From Octopus vulgaris (lineage: Eukaryota), in contig OX597827.1 of NCBI GenBank assembly GCA_951406725.2, forward strand, positions 84,678,435-84,742,434: a stretch of 64,000 nt of DNA, given 5' to 3'. The notes beneath the pieces were generated by a model. The model did not search any database. It was given only the letters and a program-made list of their open reading frames with translations, and had not been told where the DNA came from. A program made the translations under genes and the position numbers. Below, piece by piece: positions 1 to 12,051 of this stretch. The number at the start of each line of letters is the position of its first letter. The first letter of the stretch is position 1.

Positions 1-933
1 GACGAAATATACAAGTGGGCTGAAAAGAATAGCATGCAGTTCAATGCTGGAAAGTTTCAAGCTTTATACTATCAGCATGCAAAACTGAATGCAATACCCA
101 ATGAATACACTGGACCCGGAGGGATTGCAATCCCAGAGGCACAATCAGTGCGTGACCTGGGTATTCACATGAGTGATGACGCGACCTTTCATGTACATGT
201 TGCTAAACTGACAATGAAATGTAGACGGCTGGCTGGATGGATTCTTAGAACCTTTAGAACAAGAGAACAAGAAACCATGATGGTCCTCTGGAAGACACTT
301 GTCCTAAGCCACTTTGACTATTGCTCTCAGCTATGGTCACCATCCAGTGTCAAGTTGATCACAGAACTTGAGGCGATCCAACGAAGCTACACAAAGAAGA
401 TAGCCTCTATGCAGAATGTAAGCTACTGGGAAAGACTCAAGAGATTAAAATTATATTCCCTGGAGCGTAGGCGGGAAAGATATGCCATAATATACATCTG
501 GAAGATCCTGGAGGGAAGTGTCCTGAACTTTGGCATCGAGAGTTACGCAAATGCCAGAACTGGGCGCCACTGCGTGGTGCCTAGGACTCCAAACCTGCCA
601 TCAAGATGTAGGACAAGATTCTGTGATAGCCTGGGCTTCCGAGGCCCACAGCTCTTCAATATCCTCCCGAAGAACCTGAGAGACCTGCATGGGGTGGATA
701 CAGATGTCTTTAAAATGAAGCTGGATCTCTTCCTGTCAGGTGTCCCAGATGAACCAACTTCACGGCAGGAGGGGCAGATGAGGGCAGCTGCATCGAACTC
801 TCTCATGCACCAAATAGCAGTTGCTAGAAAGCCTCCATGAAGTGAAACCAAGTAGCAACACCAAATGGCGGTGCCCCAGCATGGCCACAGCTCATAAGCT
901 GAAACTAGAATCAATCAATCAATCAATCAATCA
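1..933 (+). mobile_element. CR1/L2-group LINE, family A, 3' part (runs off window start), (ATCA)n tail
   Basis: ORF 34-840 is the RT C-terminal region ([40 protein letters not shown]). 3' UTR has GCGGTGCCCCAGCATGGCC plus hairpin; (ATCA)n 909-933 runs into (TA)n. Confidence 0.93.
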
Positions 934-948
934 TATATATATATATAT

Positions 949-986
<38 letters not shown>

Positions 987-987
<1 letters not shown>

Positions 988-1681
988 GGCTAGCTGGAGG
1001 GAGCTGCATCGAACTTCTCATGAACAAGAGAGAAGGAGATACTGATGGTCCTATGGAAAACATTCGTCCTCAGCCGCTTGGACTACTGCTCCCAACTTTG
1101 GTCACCACACAATATAAAACAAACAGCAGAACTCAAAGCAACTCAGAGAAGCTACACAAAGAAAATCGTCTCAATGCAAAATGTCAGCTACTGGGAAAGA
1201 CTGAAGGTATTAAACCTCTTCTCCCTGGAGCGGAGGCGGGAGAGATATGCAGTGATATACATCTGGAAAATCCTGGAGGGTCTTGTCCCAAACTTTGGCA
1301 TTCAAAGTTACTCCAACCGCAGAATGGGCGCCGCTGCATGGTGCCAAGGATTCCAACATCACCATCAAAATACAGGTCCAGATACTACAACAGCTTGGGT
1401 TTCAGAGGACCACAGCTCTTTAACATCCTCCCTAAATGCCTGAGAGACTTACATGGTGTGGATGTGGGTTTCTTTAAAACTAAACTGGATCTCTTCTTGT
1501 TGGGAGTCCCAGATGAACATACCTCACGAAAGGAGACACGGATGCGGGCAGCAGCATCGAACTCCCTTGTTGATCAAGTGCCACGTATCAGAGGTGGATT
1601 CACAAACTAGTGTAGCTCATTCAGCGGTGGTGCCCCAGCATGGCCGCGGCCTTCGGGCTAAAACATTTTTAAGGATTTAAG

Positions 1682-1684
<3 letters not shown>
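987..1684 (+). mobile_element. CR1/L2-group LINE, family B, 5'-truncated, (TTTAAGGA)n tail
   Basis: Frameshifted ORFs 1045-1443 and 948-1610 are homologous to the family A C-terminus ([35 protein letters not shown]). Same 3' motif; (TA)n on both sides. Confidence 0.9.
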
Positions 1685-1712
<28 letters not shown>

Positions 1713-1771
1713 GTTTATATATATATGTATATATATGTATATATATATATATATGTATATATATGTATATA

Positions 1772-1832
<61 letters not shown>

Positions 1833-1927
1833 GTATATATATATATATGTATATATATGTATATATATATATATGTATATATATGTATATATATATATAT
1901 GTATATATATGTATATATATATATATG

Positions 1928-1974
<47 letters not shown>

Positions 1975-2043
1975 GTATATATATATATGTATATGTATAT
2001 ATATATGTATATGTATGTATATATGTATATGTATATATATATG

Positions 2044-2088
<45 letters not shown>

Positions 2089-2212
2089 GTATGTATATAT
2101 ACATATATATATATATATTATATATATGTATATATATATATGTATATATATATGTATATATATATGTATGTATATATATATGTATATATATATGTATGTA
2201 TATATATATATG

Positions 2213-2265
<53 letters not shown>

Positions 2266-2298
2266 ATATATATATGTATGTATATATATATATGTATG

Positions 2299-2329
<31 letters not shown>

Positions 2330-2394
2330 GTATATATATATATGTATGTATATATATATATGTATGTATATATATATATGTATGTATGTATATA
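1685..2394. repeat. (TA)n array with periodic TATG interruptions
   Basis: Directly visible; lies between two LINE 3' ends. Confidence 0.97.
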
Positions 2395-3288
2395 TGATTG
2401 ATTCATTGATTGATTCTAGTTTCAGCTCATGAGCTGTGGCCATGCTGGGGCACCGCCATTTGGTGTTGCTACTTGGTTTTACTTCACGAAAGCTTTTTAG
2501 CAACTCCCATTTGGTGCATGAGAGAGTTCGATGCAGCTGCCCTCATCTGCACCTCCTGCCGTGAAGTTGGTTCATCTGGGACACCTGACAGGAAGAGATC
2601 CAGTCCTGCTTTAAAGACATCCGCATCTACACCATGTAGGTCCCTCAGGTTCTTCGGGAGGATATTGAAGAGCCGTGGGCCTCTGAAGCCCAGGCTATCA
2701 CAATATCTTGTCCTACATCTTGATGGCAGATTTGAAGTCCTTGGTACTACGCAGTGGCGTCCGGTTCTGGCATTTGTGTGACTCTCGATGCCAAAGTCTG
2801 GGACAAGACCCTCCAGGATCTTCCAGGTATATATTATGGCATATCTTTCCCGCCTACGCTCCAGGGAATAGAGCTTTAATCTCTTGAGTCTCTGCCAGTA
2901 GCTCATATGCTGCACAGAGGCTATCTTCTTCGTGTAGCTTCGTTGGACGCCTCAAGTTCTGTGATCAACTTGACACTGGATGGTGACCATAGCTGAGAGC
3001 AATAGTCAAAGTGGCTGAGGACAAGTGTCTTCCAGAGGACCATCATGGTTTCTTGTTCTCTTGTTCTAAAGGTTCTAAGAATCCATCCAGCCAGCCGTCT
3101 ACATTTCATTGTCAGTTTAGCAACATGTACATGAAAGGTCGCGTCATCACTCATGTGAATACGCAGGTCACGCACTGATTGTGCCTCTGGGATTGCAATC
3201 CCTCCGGGTCCAGTGTATTCATTGGGTATTGCATTCAGTTTTGCATGCTGATAGTATAAAGCTTGAAACTTTTCAGCATTGAACTGCT
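2395..3288 (-). mobile_element. CR1/L2-group LINE, family A variant, 5'-truncated
   Basis: ORFs 2484-2915 and 2921-3175 match family A; (TGAT)n tail at 2395-2415; TA flanks (3291-3570 on the right). Confidence 0.92.
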
Positions 3289-3346
<58 letters not shown>

Positions 3347-3385
3347 ATATGTGTATATATATATATATGTGTATATATATATATG

Positions 3386-3432
<47 letters not shown>

Positions 3433-3449
3433 GTATATGTATATATATG

Positions 3450-3525
<76 letters not shown>

Positions 3526-3789
3526 GTATATATATATATGTATATATATGTATATGTATATATATATATAGTATGACTACAAAATTAGAGAATGGAGAAA
3601 CATACTTAAATCAATAAAACATCAACTATCCGATGATACTCAATCCATACTTTAATACACCATTACATAGGAGTAAAGGCAATATATAAAATGAAATGAG
3701 ATATACAGTAATAGTAAAAGTAAAAGTAAAAGTAAAAAGATAAAGAGATATAAGTAAAAAATTATAAATACAATATGCAAATAAATCAA

Positions 3790-3900
3790 AACTGACAGCT
3801 GTTTCGGCAGTGAGGACAGTCATACCTCATTTAACCTATAAGCCATAAAGGCAGGTATAAATGAGGCATTAACAAAGATGCCCCACGGCCTCTTCAGAGA
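3790..3900 (-). ncRNA. Penelope-type hammerhead ribozyme motif with extended stem II
   Basis: Minus strand reads CTGAAGA-GGC.GTGGGG...ATGCCTCATTTA...TAAATGAGGTAT...CCTCAC.GCC-GAAAC-AGCT-GTC. Core, stem II pairings and palindromic loop III are present; stem I is weak. Confidence 0.6.
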
Positions 3901-4438
3901 ATTAAATTAAATTTGTTATAATAGTGAAAAATATTATATAATCATATACATATAAATATAAAAATATAAAAAAGTAAAATATAAAAACTTATACATCATA
4001 ATGCTACACTTGTATAATATAATACATATTTGTACAAAAAGGAAGGTAACCAGAACAAAATAAAACAAAATATATAACAGTGTATATATAATATTAATAA
4101 GTACCGATATCATACATATTTAGCTAATAGTTTTTTTTATAAAAAAAGGGGGCTAACACATATGGAGATGAAAAATAATAATAATTAAATCCGTGGTACA
4201 GTTCATAAAATTCTAAAGCTATAAAAGTTAATAAAAATTACTATTAATAATAATAATAATAATAAAAATAATAATAGTAATAATAATAAAAAATAATATA
4301 TATGTATGTATATGTATGTATATATATATGTATATGTATATATATATATATGTATATGTATATATATGTATATGTATATATATGTATATGTATATATATA
4401 TGTATGTATATGTATGTATATATATATATATATGTATG

Positions 4439-4493
<55 letters not shown>

Positions 4494-5425
4494 GTATGTA
4501 TATGTAATCACGTACACATTTGCATGCATGTATTCATCCATCCATCCATCCATATGTATATCATTGTGAAACTTCTAGAATAGTATCTTAGATGAAACTT
4601 TGTGTGTGTGCGCGCGCGCGTATCCTGCGTAAGCTGTTCACGTGCACGTAGATTCGTTTAAGCATGCGTACATGTATTGTGTTAGATAATGTAAATATAT
4701 GTATCTGTATACATCACACACACAGAGTTGTAGATGCTTCTACATATACTCTGTAGATGTTTCAATACCATTTTAAATATATAATGTATAGGTTTTAAAA
4801 TTGAAATATCCAACTGTTCTCTTCTTTTACTGATATCTGAGGCGCCATTTCTTGTTCGTTAGAATTTTCGATTTAATTATAAACGGGAGCGAAAAAAAAA
4901 TGGACATTTAATGAACTACTAATTTTGTATGTCAACAACGCTTCTTTTACTTATTGAAAAGTCGATTAATATTTATTACTTGTCGTTTGGTGGCGCCACA
5001 ATATGAAGTATGGCGTTATGTGGTTATATCGATATTTTACAGATCCACTTTCTAATATGCCATACATTAGTGTCATATTTTATCATACAGAACTGCTGGT
5101 CGTTGAGACAGAGTTATAATGATGCTGACGAATAACCACCCCGCCGCCACCGAATCAACAACACTTCTAAAGCCACCCCTCATGCCACCCCTCATGCCAC
5201 CTTCACTCTACAACAATAACCACTATAGACACCAATAAAAGCACGACAGACACAAGTATACTACGAAAGACAAACTAGTAAACTATTACTAGTTTATTTG
5301 TCTTTTGCCTTCTCGCCTTATGCTCTATTGAATACTTGATGTGGTTTTACAATCAGGTTTTGACTGCTATTTCAAGCATGGTGGTATCTCTTAGATACCC
5401 TTATTTATATTATATATATATATAT

Positions 5426-5792
5426 GAACTTAGATATGTTTCGACCAAAGATTGGTCCAGGCCATGTCTAACTTAATAGCACTTAATAACCTAATAGGAT
5501 TATCTAAATCCTTTTTAAGTCAAGTTTTGTGGTATCATGTCCCATTCAAGTAGAGAGTTCTTGTTGAGTAAGTTGTATCCAGGTATGAATGTCTTGTCTG
5601 GTATTCCCTGAAGAAATCTCTCCAGACCCCGTTTAAAGGCGATGGATCATTTTCCTCTTTGATCAGTTTTGAGACAATTTTAAACAGGGCAGGGCCTGTT
5701 GAGGAAAATAAATTATGTCGCAGTGTACCTATATGTTGTGATCCTGAATTGGGCAGGGAATGTATGGCCCGTGGTCCCAGCCTTGGATGAAC

Positions 5793-5796
<4 letters not shown>
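5426..5796 (-). mobile_element. Older CR1/L2-group LINE (family D) 3' fragment embedded in (TA)n
   Basis: ORF 5535-5966 has HPRLGPRA..TLRHNLFSSTGPALF. 3' end CATGGCC-TG-GACCAA-TCT-TTGGTC-GAAAC; short TA runs on both sides. Confidence 0.75.
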
Positions 5797-5844
<48 letters not shown>

Positions 5845-6015
5845 TTCCGCACTAAGGCACGGGTTTGAGACCCCATAGTCGTAAGCTCAACCGTGATTTT
5901 TCTGTTGTGATTTTTGCTACCCAGGTATCGGTTATCTTTTGAATAATCCGTAACAAGATAATTCATTTATCCACTTCAATATGTATATATATATATGCAT
6001 ATATATTATAAATAA

Positions 6016-6066
<51 letters not shown>

Positions 6067-6074
6067 ATAAGGAT

Positions 6075-6139
<65 letters not shown>

Positions 6140-6161
6140 AACATATACATATATATAATGT

Positions 6162-6433
6162 AGGCACAGGAGTGTTGTGTGGTAAGACGCTTGCTTACCA
6201 ACCACATGGGCAAGTGTCTCCTACTATAGCCTCATGCTGACCAAAACCTTGTGAGTGGATTTGGTAGACGGAAGCTGAAAGAAGCCCTTCGTATATAGGT
6301 ATTTGTTTGTGTGTCTGTGTTTGTCCCCCCATCATCGCTTGACAACCAATGTTGGTGAGTTTACGTCGCTGTAACTTAGCGGTTCGGCAAAAGAGGTCGA
6401 GCGAATAAGTACTAGGCTTACAAAGAATAAGTC
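6162..6433 (+). mobile_element. tRNA-derived SINE (type 1), internally deleted and 3'-truncated
   Basis: Colinear with 11520-11925 (TGTGTGGTAAG, CCTTGTGAGTGGA.TTGGTAGACGGAA.CTGAAAGAAGCCC, GAATAAGTACTAGGCTTACAAAGAATA). Confidence 0.8.
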
Positions 6434-7663
6434 CATGCTTCAGGCCTCTTCCTTATCTCTACCTTTCTTAATCACTTCAGGACAGCCAACTAAAAGCCTT
6501 TCTTAGTCGTTCCAAGGAACAAACTCAAGATGATGCCTTTCCAATCTAAAAGACGAATCCCAACGTCTTTCAGCGACTTTAAGGTGTTTCTTGATTCAAC
6601 AACGATTATCACTCCCCACTATGGTGACTACTTTTTTCTGTTGACATCGTAGCCACACAAGCATGTTTCGGGGCCTGTTTTTGACATTTCTCAGAAAGTT
6701 TACACCAGCGATTCAACGATCAAACAAATTCCTGACTGGCTGAGATTTCGTTCTGCTTTTGGTCGTCTGTCCGCAGACGTGGCACAAATTTGACAGTAAC
6801 ATAATGCATTGTTATTTTATTTCTAAATGGTATGGCACGAACTTTTACGTGCGCCTTCTTTTTTGAAAACTTCTCAGACATTCAAGCAACTGTTTTTAGA
6901 GATCACAACACGAAATTTTACAATGATATTGTCGTTCGTTGCTATGGAAGGTCGTTTAGATATAAGAATGTTCTCGATAGGAAACGCTGGTAGAACTCGT
7001 CAAATTTACGCATTGTTTGACCACTTCTCCCCTTCGGTCTGCTGCACCATTAGAAAATTGCTCGAAAAAGTTCTTTCTAATCTGAAACCAAATTTCCCAT
7101 ACGTTCTGCTCAATCCTTCATTGATTAATTTACGATAAGTTGTTAAGTACACTAAACTAACGTTCACCCCAGCACGTGTACATCGGTGACTAACAGACAT
7201 GGTGACTACTGTAAGTCGAATGGATAGCAACTTTATTATATGATTAGAACGAATAGAGTCTCAATCCCTCACTCATCCTCTTCAGCCATTATCATCTTTA
7301 CTGTCCGATACGACACCTTATTGTCTCAGGCAGAATCCACCATTTATCCATCTAATAACTCTCACCAACCGTTTGTCATTAACTGTGTTTCTTTTATTTT
7401 TTTGCTTCTTAATGTAAGACAAGTTTATATTTTGATAAAATCTGTATACCTTATATTAATTTAGTAATCTTTACTTACCTCTGAAGAAGATGAATAACTG
7501 AAACAAACGTCAACTTTTGTAAGGAAATATCGACTCAATTCAACCAACTCTGTTATTAACCTCGAGTTCTTTATAAATTATGGTTTCCTTTGATCGCGCA
7601 ATCAGGTTTCCCTATTCTATCTCTCTCCATCTCACTCTCTTCTCTTTCTCCGTGCATATATTT

Positions 7664-7701
<38 letters not shown>

Positions 7702-8539
7702 ATAATTTGCCAGCAGAAAATATAGATTAATACTTTGGGGGAAAGGTGCAGTAAATAAAATTACTTCTGATTCGGTCATTTTCAATGTATGACAGACCAC
7801 TTCGGTTCGGTTATGAAATGATAGTTTTTCAGCAATCAACTGGTTCAGTAATACAGATAATAAGCACCTTAGTAAATTTATTCAGTTTATTATGACAAAG
7901 TTGTGTCCGCCGAAGCTTTAGAATTCGCCAGAGTTTTATTCTAATTAGTGATTCTGTTATTATTATTGTATTATCAAAAAACCTGTACTCTCTTAACATA
8001 ATTCTTTTGGAGTTAAACTTCAAAACAGGAATTGTCTGACGGAGCCATGAGACCATTTGATGGGGTTGATAGTTGGGAACATGTGGTATTGTATGAAAGG
8101 GGTTTCACCATGCAGCGTTTGGTTTTTACTTTGAATAGGAACCATCCATTTTGCGAAATACCATTGGCCTCAAAATGGCTGCGGTAAAGGAAAGATTTAA
8201 TCAAAGAGTTAGATTTAAAGGTCCACAGTAGAAATGAGTTATTTTGGTTAGATGTAAGTATTATATTTAAGTAGTGGTAAATACTGCTCTTTTGATAAAC
8301 CTAACGAGAAATTGCTCGATATTGATAGAATAGATTCCTCCAAAGTTAGGTCCATAATATTAATAAACTGTTGTTTAAAACTATAAAGCCAGGGCACTGT
8401 CTTTTTTTTTCTGGCGAAATATACTGCACAAATTCATGAAACGCGCCTCTTGATAGGAAATGGAATAGAAGAAGGCAATGCAATATTCAAATTCATTGAA
8501 ATCCAAAAATAAATTAGATAATTATTTTTAAAAAAAGTA

Positions 8540-9900
8540 TACAGAGGCAGAAACCTGCTGTTCAAAATTATAACGCCAGGTTTTGAATAATGTTGCAAAA
8601 GTAGTATGAAACGGGGACATTTGCTTATCTTTCAATGATATTCTCATGCAATACACCAACAATAGTGTGTTTGACTACCGTCTCTTCCAAAACACGCGAT
8701 TTCATGCACTCGATCAACATCTGCAGCAGATGAAGTGGACGCTCTTCCCAGGACTTCTTTATTGCCGTTTCAAGTTCATCAACAGATGTCTACTGCTTGC
8801 GTTCGATGTACACAACATTCATGAGATTTCCCCAGGCATATTCTATAGGATTAAGGTTGGAGCTTCTTTCTGGTCATGTCACGACTTCAAACCTGATTGC
8901 ATGGAGGAAATCCAAAGTTGGCTTTTGCATTATGAATAGGAGCGTTGTCCTGAAATATGAAGTTCTCGCCACATGGCCTTCTTCGTCAATGTAAGCCCTG
9001 TCCAAAGTATGGGCGTATCGCACAGCATTGAAACGGCCATCCGTAATGACAAGGGGCAGCTTCTAATTGGCAAATACCGCTCCCTACACTATAAGACCTC
9101 CTCTGTTACTCTGCTGCTTGAAATAAGACAGAATTTTGTATATATTTGTCTGCCCAGTAATACTTATAACCGTCGGGGCACCTAAATTCCATTTTTTCTT
9201 ATCAGAGGACAGAACCCTGATCCATGCATCATCCCATGTCTGATGGTGCCGAGCAAACTTCAATCTAACAGCTTTGTGGGAAGGGGACAATAACGGACGC
9301 TCTAGCAGATTTTCCAGGTGGAAACCATAGTTCAAAATCGCTCTTCTTACGGCCGATGTCGAGGCTTCTACTCCTGCTGATGCCTTAGTTTTGGAAACAG
9401 AAGATTAGCGTGACTTCTTCACAGCTATGACAATGTCATCCCTTTCTGATGTAGCCCTGGGACGTCCACCAGCATGAACCCTATTGTAGCCATTGGGGTC
9501 TTCCAGATATTTGTTCACTAGCGTTCTGCTTCGCCGAATCTTCTCGGCAATCTCCTAGATGTTCATTCCTTCCGCTTCCAGTGCAAGAATCTTCTCTTGC
9601 TTTCAGCATACTGGAAAGGAGTTGAATATTTTCTGGAACAATCCGGAAAGAAATGAAAATGTATTTGTGGTTTTATAGTTTTGAAATGTTGATATGCTTG
9701 GGAAAATTGGAATATTAGGCGTTGCAATGTGATAATAAAGATACAAGTTTTACATAGTTTTACATTTCAAAGTATCCATGAAATGCCCTTTCACAATAGA
9801 TTCTTATGCCCCTTGAGTCCGCTTAAATACAGAACTAAATTTCTAAATAACTTAAAACATGTGGCTTTGTAGTTTTGAATCGTAGTTTAAGTGCCTGTTC
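8540..9900 (-). mobile_element. Decayed Tc1/mariner (Tc3-like) DNA transposon
   Basis: ORF 9084-9335 reads PLLSPSHKAVRLKFARHHQTWDDAWIRVLSSDKKKWNL (W..V..SDEKKFNL motif). Degenerate inverted ends TTCAAAATTATAACGCC (~8561) and GGCTTTGTAGTTTTGAA (~9863). Confidence 0.75.
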
Positions 9901-10556
9901 AGCTTATTTTTTGACGTGGAATCTTTCGTGTTGCACATTATTAAAATGATGCAATAAATTTATGGTCGAAGGAAACTACATTGTCTGCAGAAGAGCACAA
10001 ATACTAAAATGCGTAGATTTAAAAAACACGAGGATATTTCTCTGAAATATAATGTCGATACAGATACCACATCATAAATTGTTGGTCATGAGAGTTGCAA
10101 AGGATAAAAATCTTTCGGATGTAATGACGAAGTTGGTTACCCATAAGCGACCCGGTGGCAATAACGTTATTGGTGTTAAAATTGAAGGCTCTACTGCTTA
10201 ACTAGCAAGAAATATGGGTAATCGAGAATTTTGAATTTGCTAACGTGTGAATATGGTAACTTAGAAATGGCTTCAGAATGGATCATGAAATGACCCGTTA
10301 TAGAACGAGGAAAGCAAACTATTGCAGCAAAAATTAATAAATTAATTTAAAGTGAAGGGTTTCTAATTTTCTAATTATATAACAGGGATGAAACTTGGCC
10401 GACCCAAAACAAGAATACGCAACTCTTTAAAGTATCATACACACCTGATTACAGTGCATACATACACACATATTTGCAGTATATATACACACACACACAT
10501 ATATATATATACACACATATTCACTATAAATATATTTGTATATACATATATTTACA

Positions 10557-10611
<55 letters not shown>

Positions 10612-10617
10612 CACGCA

Positions 10618-11518
10618 CAGATGGGTACCGTTAATCGAAAAATTGACTTCGTTAATCCGTTAACCCAAAATATAAATTCGTTAATCCGTTAACTTTTATT
10701 GAAAACTACAGTTTAATATCACACCGACTTTGTTTCCTCATAACATCCAGAATAATGGATACTTTTTAACGAAACTTTCACCTAATAATCGCTTATACCC
10801 CGTAGATTTTCTGTAAGGATTTGTTGGAAGCAATTTTCCGATGAGGTGGGGAGAGGAGTTTTGGAAAATTCACAGGACCCGACATTTTCCCCCCTCATAA
10901 CTTTCTGGAAAATATATATTTTTAAATGAAATTTTATACAAATACCTTTCAAACGGTTTTGGGCAAAATTTTTGGATGGAGGCGGGGGGAAGAGTTTCTG
11001 GAAAACGGAGTTTTGAATCAGACGGCCCACATAAGTTGGGATTTTTCCGTTTTGACAAGGATTTGACAAGGATATGTTTTTCACCAAAGTGTTCAGAATG
11101 ATGGGAGGCATCTTTTCACAAAAACAAAAAAGAAAATTTTGAAAAAGTGCCAAAACTATAAAATCAACTTTTTGGCCTTTTTGAGGGCTTTAGAACCCAA
11201 AATCTAAAGTTTTTGTTTTTTTCGCTTTAGAGTTAGAAAATGCTGATTTTATGATTTTAAGTTTTAAAGGACCTAAAGAAGGCTGAAAGAATGACGCGTA
11301 TCAAAATAGGTGAAGACAATCTGAAAACAATTGAAACTTTTAAACGTTTACCGGTTTTTGCGAAGTTTTGAGGTTAACGGAGTTGAGTTAACGGAAGCTA
11401 CATGTAACGGAAGTTAATTAATCTGACAATTATTTTCAAAGTTAACTTAAAAAGTTATATCGTTAAGGAAAATTTTAACTTCGTTAATTAACGATTAACG
11501 GGCTTACGCCCAGCTCTG
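10618..11518. mobile_element. Non-autonomous TIR element (hAT-like MITE)
   Basis: Imperfect inverted ends CAGATGGGTA-CCGTTAATCG and CGATTAACGG-GCTTACGCCCAGCTCTG, with many subterminal CGTTAA/TTAACG motifs at both ends. No coding capacity; TSD not preserved. Confidence 0.65.
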
Positions 11519-11519
11519 T

Positions 11520-11673
11520 ATATATTGTGTGGTAAGAAGCTTGCTAGCCAACCACATGGTTCCGGGGTCAGTCCCACTGCGTGGCTCCTTCGGAAAGTGT
11601 CTTCTACTATAGTCTCGGATCGACCAAAGCCTTGTGAGTGGAATTGGTAGACGGAAACTGAAAGAAGCCCGTC

Positions 11674-11729
<56 letters not shown>

Positions 11730-11925
11730 ATCTGTGTTTGTCCCTCCATCATCGCTTGACTACCGATGTTGGTGTGTGTACGTCCCCGCAACTTAGTGGT
11801 TCGGCAAAAGAGACTGACAGAATAAGTACTAGGCTTACAAAGAATACGCCTTGGGATCGATTTGTTTGACTAAAGGCGGTGCTCCAGCATGGCCGCAGTC
11901 AAATGACTGAAACAGATAAGAGTAT
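11520..11925 (+). mobile_element. tRNA-derived SINE (type 1) with internal (TA)n/(TG)n and family-C-like LINE tail
   Basis: Partial A box TGTGTGGTAAG and B-box-like GGGTCAGTCCC; internal TA 11675-11720; ends GGCGGTGCTCCAGCATGGCCG-CAGTC-AAAT-GACTG-AAACAGATAAGAG followed by TA. Confidence 0.85.
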
Positions 11926-12051
11926 ATATATATAAATATGTGTGTGTGTGCGCGCGTGTATACACATATTTACGGTAAATATATATATAAATATGTTTAG
12001 ATATATATGTTTACACTTAATATTTTTATAGGTTTATATTTTACACACCGT

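Noticed and set aside
868-905. LINE 3' motif as a hammerhead ribozyme (stem followed by GAAAC)
   Set aside because: Lacks the CUGANGA core and a consistent NUH/stem I; better explained as an RT-recognition stem-loop.
543-914. Recurrent antisense ORFs over LINE copies ([12 protein letters not shown].. and similar)
   Set aside because: Shadows of ORF2 that recur only because the copies are near-identical; no domain evidence.
6440-7300. Possible decayed coding region
   Set aside because: Multiple stops and no recognisable motif; cannot be assigned without a database search.
7481-7515. CTGAAGA..GAAAC..GTC hammerhead-like string
   Set aside because: Stem II is only 2 bp and there is no stem I; too degenerate to call.
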